From: a virus
Virus genome (UHGV): UHGV-0036853
Reading direction: 5' to 3' (one strand)
Length of the DNA stretch: 64,000 nt
Below, piece by piece: positions 19,959 through 30,189 of the stretch (position 1 is the stretch's first letter; the number at the start of each line of letters is the position of its first letter). A model generated the notes under the pieces. The model made no database searches. It saw only the letters and a list, made by a program, of their open reading frames with translations, and was not told the origin of the DNA. Position numbers and translations under genes: made by a program.

Positions 19959-20437
19959 TGTTGTTTTGCCTCCATATGTTGATCGATTTGCTCATGTGTT
20001 TCTTTTGTTGTTTCTTCAAGCAACGCCGCATACACGTCAGTGATCGCTGTTTGTGATGTGGTGCTCTTCTTAACCATGCTATTAATCGTTACACTGTCAC
20101 GTTTTCGTTTTATAGTTCTGGCTTGTTTATTCCGTTCTTCAACCTCCTTAATGAGCGCGGTCATATCTTCGAAATACAGAGATTCTCCTTTACGAATCTC
20201 TTCAACCATCATTTTTAACGCCTTGCATTTGCCTGCTTTGATAGCGGTTGCGCACGACTGGAATGAAGTTCGAGGAAGACGGTTTTCTTTGAAGGCAAGA
20301 ATGGTGTGCTGGCAAACGGAGTAGCTGCAATATGCCGACTCACCGTTTATCTTTACTTCCTCACAACGAAGTGAATAACCATTATTTCCTGAAATAGAGG
20401 GGATTTTTGACAAATCAGCTTTCACAACTACCGCCAT
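19955..20437 (-). CDS. hypothetical protein
   Basis: ORF coupled to ligase gene. Confidence 0.4.
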   Translation of the reverse strand: MAVVVKADLSKIPSISGNNGYSLRCEEVKINGESAYCSYSVCQHTILAFKENRLPRTSFQSCATAIKAGKCKALKMMVEEIRKGESLYFEDMTALIKEVEERNKQARTIKRKRDSVTINSMVKKSTTSQTAITDVYAALLEETTKETHEQIDQHMEAKQQ

Positions 20438-20492
20438 AAATAATCTTGTACTTACCTATCGTTATTTGCGTAAAAAACGACGCGCGGAGAGA

Positions 20493-21275
20493 TTACCAAC
20501 TTCCCCAGCTAACCATCTTGCGCTGATTGCTTTCTAAGCGATAGGGGACAAGAAGCTCTGTGACATGATTGGTGGCGTATGATTTAGCCTCTTGCTCTAT
20601 CATCGGTAATTCGTTAGCAATCCTGACCATCTTCCCAGCAAATTCCGCCATTACGCCATCACATGCCTTCCCAGCATCAATAACGATATGCACCAGATCC
20701 AACTGGCTTTTGCACATGTCGCAAAGAGACGCATACTCACTCTCTCTGATTACATTTACGGCATCATTAGCCCCTTTATTAAGCAAGACTTCCAACAGGT
20801 TTGTCGGGGTAACAAAATCGGCTTTAAGTGACAATGTTCTCTCACCTTTTATCGACCGTAAGTACTCTTCGTAGTTTTGCTTGTCTTCCAGCAAAACTAA
20901 GCTATGCATAGTTAGAAGTGATTCCTGAATAGCCTCTTCAATAATACTGTCGTTTGGCGCACAAAAAACGGTATTTGTGTAGATCACTTTTCCATCCATC
21001 CATGCACCAACCTGCACTTTAAGACTGAGCGGGTTTTCTTTGCTAATAAAAACAACTAATGCAGAACGCCGTGCACAAGAAGGTTCACCCCATACGTGTA
21101 ACTCAACCTTCAGATAAGGTAGCCCTGGTAGCGGGATCTCAACCAAACGAGTGGCGATATGATCCATTGCCGTTTTTACCGCTTTTTCAATGATGTCTAG
21201 TCGATTGCTCTCGCTGATTTCTAAACCAGTTTTATCAATGATGTCGCAGGCTAATTTCTGAATTTCGTCTTTCAT
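20493..21275 (-). CDS. hypothetical protein
   Basis: ORF only. Confidence 0.45.
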   Translation of the reverse strand: MKDEIQKLACDIIDKTGLEISESNRLDIIEKAVKTAMDHIATRLVEIPLPGLPYLKVELHVWGEPSCARRSALVVFISKENPLSLKVQVGAWMDGKVIYTNTVFCAPNDSIIEEAIQESLLTMHSLVLLEDKQNYEEYLRSIKGERTLSLKADFVTPTNLLEVLLNKGANDAVNVIRESEYASLCDMCKSQLDLVHIVIDAGKACDGVMAEFAGKMVRIANELPMIEQEAKSYATNHVTELLVPYRLESNQRKMVSWGSW

Positions 21276-21350
21276 ACCAACTCCTAGCTAACAGATGAAA
21301 GTATTCTTACAGAAAGATAAGTAATCATCTACTTATTTTAGCGGCACTTG

Positions 21351-22604
21351 TTACGATAGCGCCTTAATGCCCAAAACCTTGCTTTGCAACTCCAACTGTT
21401 TGGTATACGGTTTTGCCCGATAATAGGCTTTGATAATTTGTTCTGGCGTTGCACCGCCCGGGTCGAGTCCTTCCTCACCCAAACACGCAACTTTGACATT
21501 AAGACCGATACTGGTCAGTCGCCTGGCTGCGGCCATAGTGTTGCGTATAGCTTGCTTTTCACTATCCCACATCATGATCACATTACGTAACCCACGCGCC
21601 TTGAGCGTCAGGAACGCGCCTAACTGATCTTCTGCATCCTGAGTGGTGTTACCAGATAGATGCATCCCGAACGTTCCTATCGGTTCCACGTAATCACGTA
21701 ATGTTTCTTCATCAAAAATAGCTCGTTTAACCCCCATAACATCGAACGCCCCCTCACAGACAACTACAGTCTGTTTGCCGACCGCATTATGGCCGTTGTA
21801 GAGAAACTTACCTGAAGCTGGAAGCTGCATAGGAAAGAGGTAGCGGCGTTCTGCTGTACCGGTAATGTCTCGTCCCTGAAATGTCTTCATTACCCCATCC
21901 AGATCGTAAACCGGTATCAGTATTCGCATATCGAATATCTGTCCTTTAACCTGATCTGTATACGGATCTACATAAGCGTGCTTGCCTTCGACGCAGTATC
22001 GTAGGTCAAAATACTTTGCCATTTCAGGCGATATGTTTCGTTCAACCAGATAGTCTGGAAGACGGCCATCTATAGGAAGTTCGTAATGACGAGGGAGTGC
22101 AAGTGGTCCCTCTAACTCGACTGTGCTTGTAAGCACTATCTCTTCTTTCTTTGGTGCCCACCCCTGGGAAAGAAGAGCGTTCTGCACATATTCCTCGAAC
22201 TGTCGTCGTGATTTACCGCTGTAGTGCTTGAGGAAGACCAGCTTATTGAACTGAATCTCTTCGGGATGATCACCAGCGAAGCATTTGCCGACGCCACTGG
22301 TCAGATTGAAATATACCTTCCAGTTGGAGCTGCCGCATACCGGACACTCCTTGATATTCACTTCACGACCGCGAGCACTCACGCCTCCACGTCGATAAAC
22401 GATACCTTCAGTGTCCAACCATTGTTCAAAATCTAATTCGGTAATTAGCTCTTTCAGCTCGCTCACGATAATTCCACTTTTAACAGGCAATATTGTGACC
22501 AACCTAAATGTTGATATAACATAAAGGCTCATGTGTTTTTCTTTTGTGGTTTGGCAAAAGAAAAGTTGTTTCACCAATGAATCAAGCGTGGAGGTGTTCT
22601 CCAC
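21351..22604 (-). CDS. DNA primase (zinc finger plus TOPRIM)
   Basis: CPVCGSS..KCFAGDHPE zinc motif; TOPRIM VVVCEGAFDVMG. Confidence 0.75.
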   Translation of the reverse strand: MENTSTLDSLVKQLFFCQTTKEKHMSLYVISTFRLVTILPVKSGIIVSELKELITELDFEQWLDTEGIVYRRGGVSARGREVNIKECPVCGSSNWKVYFNLTSGVGKCFAGDHPEEIQFNKLVFLKHYSGKSRRQFEEYVQNALLSQGWAPKKEEIVLTSTVELEGPLALPRHYELPIDGRLPDYLVERNISPEMAKYFDLRYCVEGKHAYVDPYTDQVKGQIFDMRILIPVYDLDGVMKTFQGRDITGTAERRYLFPMQLPASGKFLYNGHNAVGKQTVVVCEGAFDVMGVKRAIFDEETLRDYVEPIGTFGMHLSGNTTQDAEDQLGAFLTLKARGLRNVIMMWDSEKQAIRNTMAAARRLTSIGLNVKVACLGEEGLDPGGATPEQIIKAYYRAKPYTKQLELQSKVLGIKALS

Positions 22605-22613
22605 GCTTATTTT

Positions 22614-23954
22614 TTAGGTAACGTCTAAGATCCGCTCAATGAAGCGCATTTGTTCGAGGTTTTGTTTAACACGAATGCTGATCCCTCCCTGCTGGTTACG
22701 TGAACCAGCAAAGTAGAGACGAGCCTCTCCTTTCGCTTCTTCTTCTTCGGTTTTGTTGATCGTTATTACCAGGTCAGCAATACGTACTTTTTCGATGTTG
22801 TCGGCGGCGTGCATCATTGTGGCAACTTCTGACGCGCCACCTTCACGGTTTGTCTGCGATGCCGTGATTCCAGCAACGTTATGTTTGTCATAAAGAGCAC
22901 GTAAATCGGTGTAGATACTACGAATGTTGGCGCGATCATCACGAAGGTCATAACTGGCACGCATCAAATCTGCGTAGTCGACAACAAGCATGTCAGGCAC
23001 CATGCCATTGGCTTTCATACTGTTAAGCATACGGTCCAGATCTGCCGGTGACATACTTCCTGACGGACGCTCAACAACCCACAAACTACCAATCCCCTTA
23101 GTGGCTCCCAACTCTGCCAACTTACGATGAACTTCATCGCGCCGTTCCACCAGCTTGGACATTTCCGTCTCCGACAATCTTGCATCAAAGCGGTCGGACA
23201 AAATGTTGGTGTGAACCTCCAGCGAGAGATACAGAACATTGTAGCCAGCAAGCGTTGCGTTTATGGAAAACTCACCCATTGCGGTCGATTTACCGGATTT
23301 AGCGAACCCCATGAAGAGCACCATTTCGCGCTTTGCCCAGCCTTTTTGGTACAGCAACCTATCGAGAAGAGGGAGTCCTGTTGTAATACTGTTTGGTACA
23401 TACTCCTCTGAAGCCTCATATTCACGCGCTTTCAATCGCTCACTTGCGGAGGTGTAGTAGTCATAGATTCCGGTCGCTTCGTTCGATCCAATCTGCTGAA
23501 CCTTGGCCATGATTGCCATCGCCCCCTGAAAGTCGCCTTTCTCTTTCAGTTCAGCAGCCTTAATCAGAGCATCATCAAACGCTACGCTTTTTGCGAAGGT
23601 TGATACCTGGTCAACCATGTACGAGGTATCGGACAATTTTTCTGCAAGGATGCGCTTAAACGCAGCAACAACATCGGCGAATAGTTCCTCACGGATAGTC
23701 TTATCGCGTTTCGCACGCTTAAGCATATCCAGAATTGCAGATGAAGAGGGCGCGCTCTTGTACATACGGTAATAGCCCGAAACCATATTAACCAATATGG
23801 CATTGGCCGCATTGGCAAATTGGCTAGGTACAACAAGATCTCCCGCACGAGTAAGAAACTCGTGATCACGACAAAAATAGGCCGTCAATCTGTTCTGAAA
23901 ATCTTCATCAAACTCTTCGGACAGCCCGCGTCCTGTATGGCAAAGTTCTGTCAT
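22614..23954 (-). CDS. DnaB-like replicative helicase
   Basis: Walker A GFAKSGKST, Walker B LVVDYADLM, RecA-fold C-terminal domain. Confidence 0.7.
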   Translation of the reverse strand: MTELCHTGRGLSEEFDEDFQNRLTAYFCRDHEFLTRAGDLVVPSQFANAANAILVNMVSGYYRMYKSAPSSSAILDMLKRAKRDKTIREELFADVVAAFKRILAEKLSDTSYMVDQVSTFAKSVAFDDALIKAAELKEKGDFQGAMAIMAKVQQIGSNEATGIYDYYTSASERLKAREYEASEEYVPNSITTGLPLLDRLLYQKGWAKREMVLFMGFAKSGKSTAMGEFSINATLAGYNVLYLSLEVHTNILSDRFDARLSETEMSKLVERRDEVHRKLAELGATKGIGSLWVVERPSGSMSPADLDRMLNSMKANGMVPDMLVVDYADLMRASYDLRDDRANIRSIYTDLRALYDKHNVAGITASQTNREGGASEVATMMHAADNIEKVRIADLVITINKTEEEEAKGEARLYFAGSRNQQGGISIRVKQNLEQMRFIERILDVT

Positions 23955-23970
23955 GTGCTTTCCTTTGTTT

Positions 23971-24002
23971 TTTAAACAAATTGTTTTCTAGTATTAGTTA
24001 AT
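23971..24002 (-). promoter_or_regulatory. motif family 2 copy upstream of DnaB-like gene
   Basis: ttaaacaaattgttttctagtattagttaatt. Confidence 0.5.
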
Positions 24003-24747
24003 TAGATAGGGGATCAATAAACCGCCGTGCTTCTTCCAGTTCTTCTGGAAAGTGGGCGGAAATAAGGCGCTCTGGAACTATTTCCATTAGCCAGATAGCG
24101 GAGAAAATTGCGCGTATGCGCTTGCTGCGGGGGATGGTGCGTAAACGCTCCAGAATCCACTCAAAATAGCTTTCCTGGATCGGGTTAAACTGCATGTCTC
24201 CCATATGCTTAAAACTAACCAGAGAGTCATCCAGACGGGTTGTTGCGCGTCTGGCTAATTTCTCTTCAAATATCTCAATCAGTTCTGGCTGCCACAAATG
24301 CTGTGGGCGAGGCAGCTTGTCCCACAGACGTCGTGCAGCTGCGGAAAGCACGGTGGAGATAAAGTAGTCGTATGAGCAGCAATAGCGGTCAGCAAACTGG
24401 CGTGCTTTCCATAGCGACGTTTTATTGGCAGTCGACAACTCCTGATAAGGCAGGCGTTTTAACCCGGTGGTGAACGGAGCTGTTTCAAAGTGTTCACGAC
24501 CGTGCGTCAGCATAATATTTGAGTACTGACGTTTGTATGCCTCCGTAAAAAGACAGGTGGCCATCAGAGGATGCATGTCGCGGTAATCAAACCACTTCGT
24601 CTCGAAGAGTTCAGCCTCGTCTTTACAGCGCGACAAGCCAATGTTTTCAGCGACCCACTTGTCCATAACAGCGGTATTCCACTCTGTCATGAAGTCGTAC
24701 TGGTCGTTGTCGATGGTATCGAAAAAGATTTGGCTCATGTGGCTCAC
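23998..24747 (-). CDS. hypothetical protein (replication-module associated)
   Basis: ORF only. Confidence 0.45.
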   Translation of the reverse strand: MSHMSQIFFDTIDNDQYDFMTEWNTAVMDKWVAENIGLSRCKDEAELFETKWFDYRDMHPLMATCLFTEAYKRQYSNIMLTHGREHFETAPFTTGLKRLPYQELSTANKTSLWKARQFADRYCCSYDYFISTVLSAAARRLWDKLPRPQHLWQPELIEIFEEKLARRATTRLDDSLVSFKHMGDMQFNPIQESYFEWILERLRTIPRSKRIRAIFSAIWLMEIVPERLISAHFPEELEEARRFIDPLSN

Positions 24748-24855
24748 CTGGTAGGTAGTTACTTACTTATCACAATGAGCGGATGATAGCGACTGGTGTC
24801 AGTTTTTGGAAGTGAAAACGGAAGGGAGTTGTTCTGGTGGGTGTCTTTTAAAAGA

Positions 24856-24910
24856 CCTGCTTCCGTATATATATTTAATAAGTTACTTATTATTTAAATA
24901 CAGAAACAGG
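24856..24910. repeat. large imperfect palindrome A with flanking conserved tail (agctgccagaccgg)
   Basis: arms cctgcttccgtatatat / atacagaaacagg around the TAAGTTACTTA core. Confidence 0.7.
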
Positions 24911-24940
24911 TTCTGATTGAAGCTGCCAGACCGGAAGTTG

Positions 24941-25300
24941 TCAGCCTTTTTTCATGAGTTCTCGCTTGATTTCATCGGTACGCATCGTTACATCGGCAGC
25001 TGTGATCGCCTCGTTAAGTTTCACGATGTCCTCGATTTCCTGCGGTGTCTTCTCCGCAAGATGGAAAATAGCAGCACGAATCACATCAGAGCGGGTGAAT
25101 TTCTCGAAGCGAGGGATGAACTTCATCATCTCCAGCAGTTCGAAGTATTCGTCTTCCAGTGACATTGTGCGGCTTTTAATTTTCTCTTTGCCACGAGTCG
25201 GGCGTCCCTGTGGTCTGACTGGTTGGCGCAAAGGAGTTGTGTTCTTAGCCGGTGCATCAGGCTCTTTGCGCTTTGCTAGGTCACCCATTTTCATGGACAT
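24941..25300 (-). CDS. small partition-associated DNA-binding protein (ParG-like, putative)
   Basis: small basic protein immediately downstream of and coupled to the ParA gene. Confidence 0.4.
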   Translation of the reverse strand: MSMKMGDLAKRKEPDAPAKNTTPLRQPVRPQGRPTRGKEKIKSRTMSLEDEYFELLEMMKFIPRFEKFTRSDVIRAAIFHLAEKTPQEIEDIVKLNEAITAADVTMRTDEIKRELMKKG

Positions 25301-25968
25301 TATTCTTCTTCCTCCAGACTCAACAGATAATCTACAAATTCTTCAAACTCGGCTTCCGCCTTTTTGTCGCGCTCGCTACCGGTCATTTCAAAGATAGAAC
25401 GACCAGACTCTTCCGCATCATCGTAGACGTTGCGGTTATATAGATTGACAGGCGCAGACTCGATGCCAAACGTCTCAACAATCTCTTTAGCCGCCAGAAT
25501 GCGAGACACTTGTGATGGCAAAGCCGGGCACTGGTTCATGACCGCGCGGACCTTCACTTTATCGTTTACATTGCGAACATTGTCGATAATAGGATCGATG
25601 TCACGTAAAGATTTCAAATCACGACGCTTAGGACGCAGCGGGATAATGATAACGTCGGCCATCAGCATCGCTTGTCGCTGAATTTCGGAGTCAAAGCCAC
25701 CAGCATCTACCACTACAAACTCAGCTCTACCCTGAAGCGATTTTAGGTGCTTAATGATGTCATCCTGAACGTATGCAAAAGGAATCAGCTCAAGATCTTC
25801 GTTCTGTCGACGGTCTTCACACCAGCTTGTTGTAGTGCGCTGAATATCTATATCAGTGATATAAACCTTCTTCTTCTTTTTGACTTTCAGGCAAACGGCA
25901 ATTTGCTGGGCAACAGTAGATTTGCCAGGCCCGCCCTTTGTGCCGCCAACCACAAAGATCTTGGTCAT
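25300..25968 (-). CDS. ParA/ParF-type partition ATPase
   Basis: deviant Walker A GGTKGGPGKST. Confidence 0.8.
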   Translation of the reverse strand: MTKIFVVGGTKGGPGKSTVAQQIAVCLKVKKKKKVYITDIDIQRTTTSWCEDRRQNEDLELIPFAYVQDDIIKHLKSLQGRAEFVVVDAGGFDSEIQRQAMLMADVIIIPLRPKRRDLKSLRDIDPIIDNVRNVNDKVKVRAVMNQCPALPSQVSRILAAKEIVETFGIESAPVNLYNRNVYDDAEESGRSIFEMTGSERDKKAEAEFEEFVDYLLSLEEEE

Positions 25969-25986
25969 TGGAGAGTTCCCTTTGCG

Positions 25987-26035
25987 TATATAATTATCGT
26001 CTGAAACAACTTGTTTTCTTATATGTGATATAGCC
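25987..26035 (-). promoter_or_regulatory. motif family 2 copy upstream of ParA gene
   Basis: gaaacaacttgttttcttatatg. Confidence 0.5.
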
Positions 26036-26105
26036 TAAATGCCTACGGCTGTGGTGTAAAGGTTTAATGATAGGTACATAGATTTGGTAAGGACTTAATA
26101 ACAAA

Positions 26106-26125
26106 AAACCCGCCGTAGCGGGTTT
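26106..26125 (-). terminator. intrinsic terminator
   Basis: cccgccgtagcggg hairpin followed by T-run on minus strand. Confidence 0.6.
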
Positions 26126-26130
26126 AGGAA

Positions 26131-26907
26131 TTAGTGGTTGGTAGACCTGGCATCAAATGTTGTAACGCCCACTTCAATGTGGCGGTCTTCTTTGGAGATG
26201 ATGGTGAGAATCTGACTAGATGGGTCTATGCTGACAGCCATAGGGTTCCAGTGACGTAACTGAGCCTCGCTGTTCAATAGCAGCGCATCCCACGGTTTGA
26301 CGCCATTCTGCCCAATACCACCTTCAACAAGGACATCTATAAATTCTTTATTTAAATTGTCATAGATTTGGACACGCCCGACCAGAAGCATACCGACCGC
26401 CCAAATTCTGGCACCGTAAACCGTCTGATGGTCATCACATACCACATGGTCATGCCAATTGAGAAGGAAATTGTAAACTCTTCTAGCAAGTCCCTTTTGT
26501 TCCTTTGAAGGGGTTACAAATGCCCCTTTGATCTGGACCCCAAGGTGAGAGCCTTTTTGTGAGCGAAACTGGAAACGTTTGTAGACGAACCTGGCAATCT
26601 GAATGCCGTCATCATCTTCTTGTTCATCACCAACTAACTCACGAACACTATGAACTATCTCTGCTTCTGAATACCCCTGCTCGTCAAGATCCATTGCATG
26701 TTCTTGAAGCCAATCTGCATCAGGGTCGCCTACAAATGATACTGTCAAACAGTAATCATAATTAGATCCCGTCAAGGACCATTCTGTGAGCCGTAAAACA
26801 GAAAAATCAGAGTTAACCATGTAGCCAACTCTGATTTTTTCTCTTGTTTCACATTCAGGGAAATCAGACAGTACTTTTGAATACTCTGCTATGAATGATG
26901 GTGACAT
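26131..26907 (-). CDS. hypothetical protein
   Basis: ORF only. Confidence 0.45.
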   Translation of the reverse strand: MSPSFIAEYSKVLSDFPECETREKIRVGYMVNSDFSVLRLTEWSLTGSNYDYCLTVSFVGDPDADWLQEHAMDLDEQGYSEAEIVHSVRELVGDEQEDDDGIQIARFVYKRFQFRSQKGSHLGVQIKGAFVTPSKEQKGLARRVYNFLLNWHDHVVCDDHQTVYGARIWAVGMLLVGRVQIYDNLNKEFIDVLVEGGIGQNGVKPWDALLLNSEAQLRHWNPMAVSIDPSSQILTIISKEDRHIEVGVTTFDARSTNH

Positions 26908-27306
26908 TTAGTTCGCTAGCCGCATATCCGTAGGTGAATCCAGTTTCGCTATTTTAACATCTACGCGGTATTTATCTTTGATAAATTTAGCTATTTTGCT
27001 TTCAATCTCATAGAAAGCATCCGGTTCACAACGCACAACATCGGGAAACTGTTTTTCTGGCTTAACAAGGAAACGTAACCGATTGTTGAGCACCATCATT
27101 TCTGCAAACAATTTGATGGTAAACTTGCCTTCTTCAACGTCACTTTTAAGGTTAACGATGAAACGCTGATCCTTAAGCATACCTGGTTTGTTCATTTCAC
27201 GAATTTGGAGCGAGTCATCCCAGTACCGCAACGGAACCGATGCGATCATCTTGGTACAGTCTCTTATCGTCTGAATAGAACGAGATGCGTTAAGTGCAGT
27301 ATGCAT
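26908..27306 (-). CDS. hypothetical protein
   Basis: ORF only. Confidence 0.45.
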   Translation of the reverse strand: MHTALNASRSIQTIRDCTKMIASVPLRYWDDSLQIREMNKPGMLKDQRFIVNLKSDVEEGKFTIKLFAEMMVLNNRLRFLVKPEKQFPDVVRCEPDAFYEIESKIAKFIKDKYRVDVKIAKLDSPTDMRLAN

Positions 27307-27480
27307 GTTTCCACCTTAGCCGGTAATAACTTTATGTCATAGCGGCGACCTTGTCGGTTTAGAGGCTACGAGTATGCGTCGATTTATTAAAACAAGGTAT
27401 GATTTACTTGACATCCATGCATCAAATCTACCTTGTGCTCTAATAATATGCAAATTTTATGTTAGAAAACGCCACTTTTG

Positions 27481-27711
27481 TTATGGCACTTTTCTGCCCC
27501 ATCCACACAATCGCTCCCCAATCATATTGTGAAAAAGCACCTCTCTTTCAGTCTCTTCGGTCATGAGATCATCACGGCTGATGTATAGCGGTGTAGCCGC
27601 ATCGCAGAAAAGCACACCAGCGGGTTGAGGCTTAATCACGCAACCACTTATTGTGCAACTCATGATGAACAGTAGAAGCATCCTTGCGCCGTAACTCATC
27701 AAGTGTTTCAT
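27481..27711 (-). CDS. putative o-spanin (Rz1-like lipoprotein)
   Basis: lipobox ISGC after MKHLMSYGARMLLLFIMS; start taken at the internal Met of track ORF 27481..27789. Confidence 0.4.
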   Translation of the reverse strand: MKHLMSYGARMLLLFIMSCTISGCVIKPQPAGVLFCDAATPLYISRDDLMTEETEREVLFHNMIGERLCGWGRKVP

Positions 27712-27883
27712 TTTTGACGTCCACTGTGCTTTGAAGTCGTTTCCTGTCTTCCTGTTTTGCCTTCTCTTCCATTGCTCGTCGCGCCGCATTTCCGCCCATC
27801 GTGTAAGCGCCGACCAGAACGAAAAGAACGGCAGCCAGCGTAATCAAAGCAACTTTTAGCTTTGTCATCAGGCTGCCTAGCAT
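27632..27883 (-). CDS. putative i-spanin (Rz-like)
   Basis: N-terminal TM helix then charged coiled-coil region; overlaps lipoprotein ORF in another frame. Confidence 0.4.
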   Translation of the reverse strand: MLGSLMTKLKVALITLAAVLFVLVGAYTMGGNAARRAMEEKAKQEDRKRLQSTVDVKNETLDELRRKDASTVHHELHNKWLRD

Positions 27884-27884
27884 A

Positions 27885-28604
27885 TTAGACCATCCCTTTC
27901 TGGTGTCTTCTCACCTGCGACCAGGCGATAAATCCAGCCACAACAATAGTGGCAATACCGAAGATGATGCGTACTGTATCCCCGCTAGAGATATGACCTT
28001 GTGCTTTATCCATAGCAGCGGAAACCTGCGGCATAACATCGGCCAGCTGCGCCAGACCAATACCTGCTGTAACAGTTGCGCCTGCTGTTTCTTTAGTTAC
28101 AGGAACAGCCTTCACGGTTTTCACCGGCTTAACGACGCCAGCTCGACGCAGACCTTCCTCAATAACTTCTGCCGCATACCAGGTGTTCAGCGTTTTTAGC
28201 GGACCTCGCCCATTCTCATGGCGAATGATTGCCTCAACCAAAGGTCGAAGAATGTCGTAATCATGCAGATCGATAATCATGTCTGCGGTTACACCAACGG
28301 CTTTAGACACCTCATTAATGTAGGCGTCAGTGTTGTTTTCATTCGGCGGTGCCCAACGTTCAATAACTTCACGAATGGTATCGATACTTGAGCCGTCTTT
28401 TGCGCGACGTTTGTCGTGGTAGGTAATTAGAGTCACCGCCAGCGCACGAATCCCCCAAACAGGGTCTTTAAACGTGCAAAAGCGCGGTTCGTCTGGATTC
28501 GCAACCAGACCTTGCCACGGTGATCCTTTATCAAGATTACCGGGGTTATTATTACGAATGCCTCTCGGAGTCTTCATCCTTGATCTCCTGTTATTGCAGT
28601 CCAT
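27885..28604 (-). CDS. lysis-cassette protein with C-terminal membrane anchor (endolysin-like, uncertain)
   Basis: position next to spanins; hydrophobic C-terminal helix; no catalytic motif recognised. Confidence 0.3.
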   Translation of the reverse strand: MDCNNRRSRMKTPRGIRNNNPGNLDKGSPWQGLVANPDEPRFCTFKDPVWGIRALAVTLITYHDKRRAKDGSSIDTIREVIERWAPPNENNTDAYINEVSKAVGVTADMIIDLHDYDILRPLVEAIIRHENGRGPLKTLNTWYAAEVIEEGLRRAGVVKPVKTVKAVPVTKETAGATVTAGIGLAQLADVMPQVSAAMDKAQGHISSGDTVRIIFGIATIVVAGFIAWSQVRRHQKGMV

Positions 28605-28926
28605 TTTTTACGCCATACGCGGCTAACCCCAAAAGCAGTGCAGTAATAATGAACGACGTTATTTTAGAAACAATGCCGCCAAAGAACCCACTGGAGATGG
28701 AATCTAACCGGTTAAGGAGCTTGTCCAGATTGGAGTGTTGAATACTATGTTGCGCCGGGGTCATATCACCAAAGTAGGTTTTCAGCTGATCATTGACCTC
28801 CTGGCCAATTTCTTCACGTAGCTCTTTACCTAATTTGCCAACAACCTCCCGAGCAACGATCGCGGCAATACGCTCAACTTGCTCTGTTGTAACGCCCGCC
28901 ATCTCGTTCGACATGTTTTCCTCCAT
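28591..28926 (-). CDS. small membrane protein (C-terminal TM)
   Basis: hydrophobic C-terminal helix ITSFIITALLLGLAAYGV. Confidence 0.35.
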   Translation of the reverse strand: MEENMSNEMAGVTTEQVERIAAIVAREVVGKLGKELREEIGQEVNDQLKTYFGDMTPAQHSIQHSNLDKLLNRLDSISSGFFGGIVSKITSFIITALLLGLAAYGVKNGLQ

Positions 28927-28995
28927 GAAAAGTCAAATCGGGATGGCGGATTTATATCACATTTCACCCTTTTGTTGTAGGTGTGTACTTACCTA

Positions 28996-29229
28996 TCATT
29001 CAGCATTGCAACGGACTGATGAGAAAGCACCTACTCCTACCCATCGCCAGTTATAGATGCTACCCGCTTTGTATAAGGTATAGTCGTTCACTTTTTTAAC
29101 AGCATATATGGGTATGACTGTCTCCTGTCCACCAATGATAGCCTCACCATAACATATAGGTGTCGGCAATTTCTGGCAGCCAGTAAGAGAGAGAACAACA
29201 GCTATTGTTAGAAATAATCTTTTCATCAT
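28996..29229 (-). CDS. small lipoprotein
   Basis: signal peptide with lipobox LTGC. Confidence 0.5.
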   Translation of the reverse strand: MMKRLFLTIAVVLSLTGCQKLPTPICYGEAIIGGQETVIPIYAVKKVNDYTLYKAGSIYNWRWVGVGAFSSVRCNAE

Positions 29230-29236
29230 TTACTCA

Positions 29237-29845
29237 TCAGTTATACAGATTTCTATTTATTACCGGTACTCTGCCATTTACGCTAAAACTATGGCCGCCA
29301 TTAAGTTGGTTTACGAATATCGAGCTAACAGTATTTCCATATGCCGCATATCCATAAACCATTGTCATGGCTCCGCCCGGTACTGGAACAGCGAACACAT
29401 TCGCATATGTTGGGATTATCGCTGGTGGGTAATCAAAAACATGCCCTCCAGAGCTGTTCCACTCCGTATTATTAAGAAAGGTAAATGAAAGTGGGATATT
29501 TGCCGTATTATAGATTTCCTCCCCTTGTGCATTGAAAAAACTCATGCCCCAAGTTTCTTTTTTGGCTATACCTTTCGAAAATACGTATATCGTGGCACTA
29601 GAGTCGCTACCCTGACCTCCGAAACTGTAAATCACCTGGTTGTTACGCACTATTCTGTTGGCTATTAATGAAACAGCTTTCGAATAGGCAACAAAAATCA
29701 TCGGTGAACGATCTGGAGATATTTGGGTGTTAAACTCTGTCCCGCCGGACAAAGAAACAACCTGCTTTCTCTGAAAAACGATAGGAGACAAAGAAGGAGA
29801 CATCCAGACCTTCCCGTCAGATCGATATATCTTGCTTCCGTACAT
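29237..29845 (-). CDS. hypothetical protein downstream of tail fibre
   Basis: ORF; start overlaps upstream stop (TAATG). Confidence 0.4.
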   Translation of the reverse strand: MYGSKIYRSDGKVWMSPSLSPIVFQRKQVVSLSGGTEFNTQISPDRSPMIFVAYSKAVSLIANRIVRNNQVIYSFGGQGSDSSATIYVFSKGIAKKETWGMSFFNAQGEEIYNTANIPLSFTFLNNTEWNSSGGHVFDYPPAIIPTYANVFAVPVPGGAMTMVYGYAAYGNTVSSIFVNQLNGGHSFSVNGRVPVINRNLYN

Positions 29846-30099
29846 TATTTTTGAAAAACCAATATGTTTAAATTACCACTAGCTCCAGACCATGAAATGG
29901 TATTTCCAGAAACCGTAAGACTTGTGTATTTCCCATTGGTTACGTCCATTATGTAATAGTCGATTCCCAATCCCGCCTCAACATCATATGTTCTACTTCC
30001 AGAACCAGAGGGAGTAAAATAATCGAGGTAATAAACAGGGGCCAACGCATCGACCATCTCCTGTCTTGATGGCGACCAAACCTGTGCACCATAGCTCAT
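29845..30099 (-). CDS. hypothetical protein downstream of tail fibre
   Basis: ORF. Confidence 0.4.
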   Translation of the reverse strand: MSYGAQVWSPSRQEMVDALAPVYYLDYFTPSGSGSRTYDVEAGLGIDYYIMDVTNGKYTSLTVSGNTISWSGASGNLNILVFQK

Positions 30100-30189
30100 A
30101 AATATATCCTTATAACTGCGGTTGTGAGGCCATATTTATCGACCTCACAACCATCTTATAAATTATCCTTATTAGAAATAATGTCTAAA

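Noticed and set aside
28591-28926. Holin call for the 111-aa membrane protein in the lysis region
   Set aside because: It has a single C-terminal hydrophobic helix and a long soluble N-terminus, which is not the usual holin topology; left as a membrane protein
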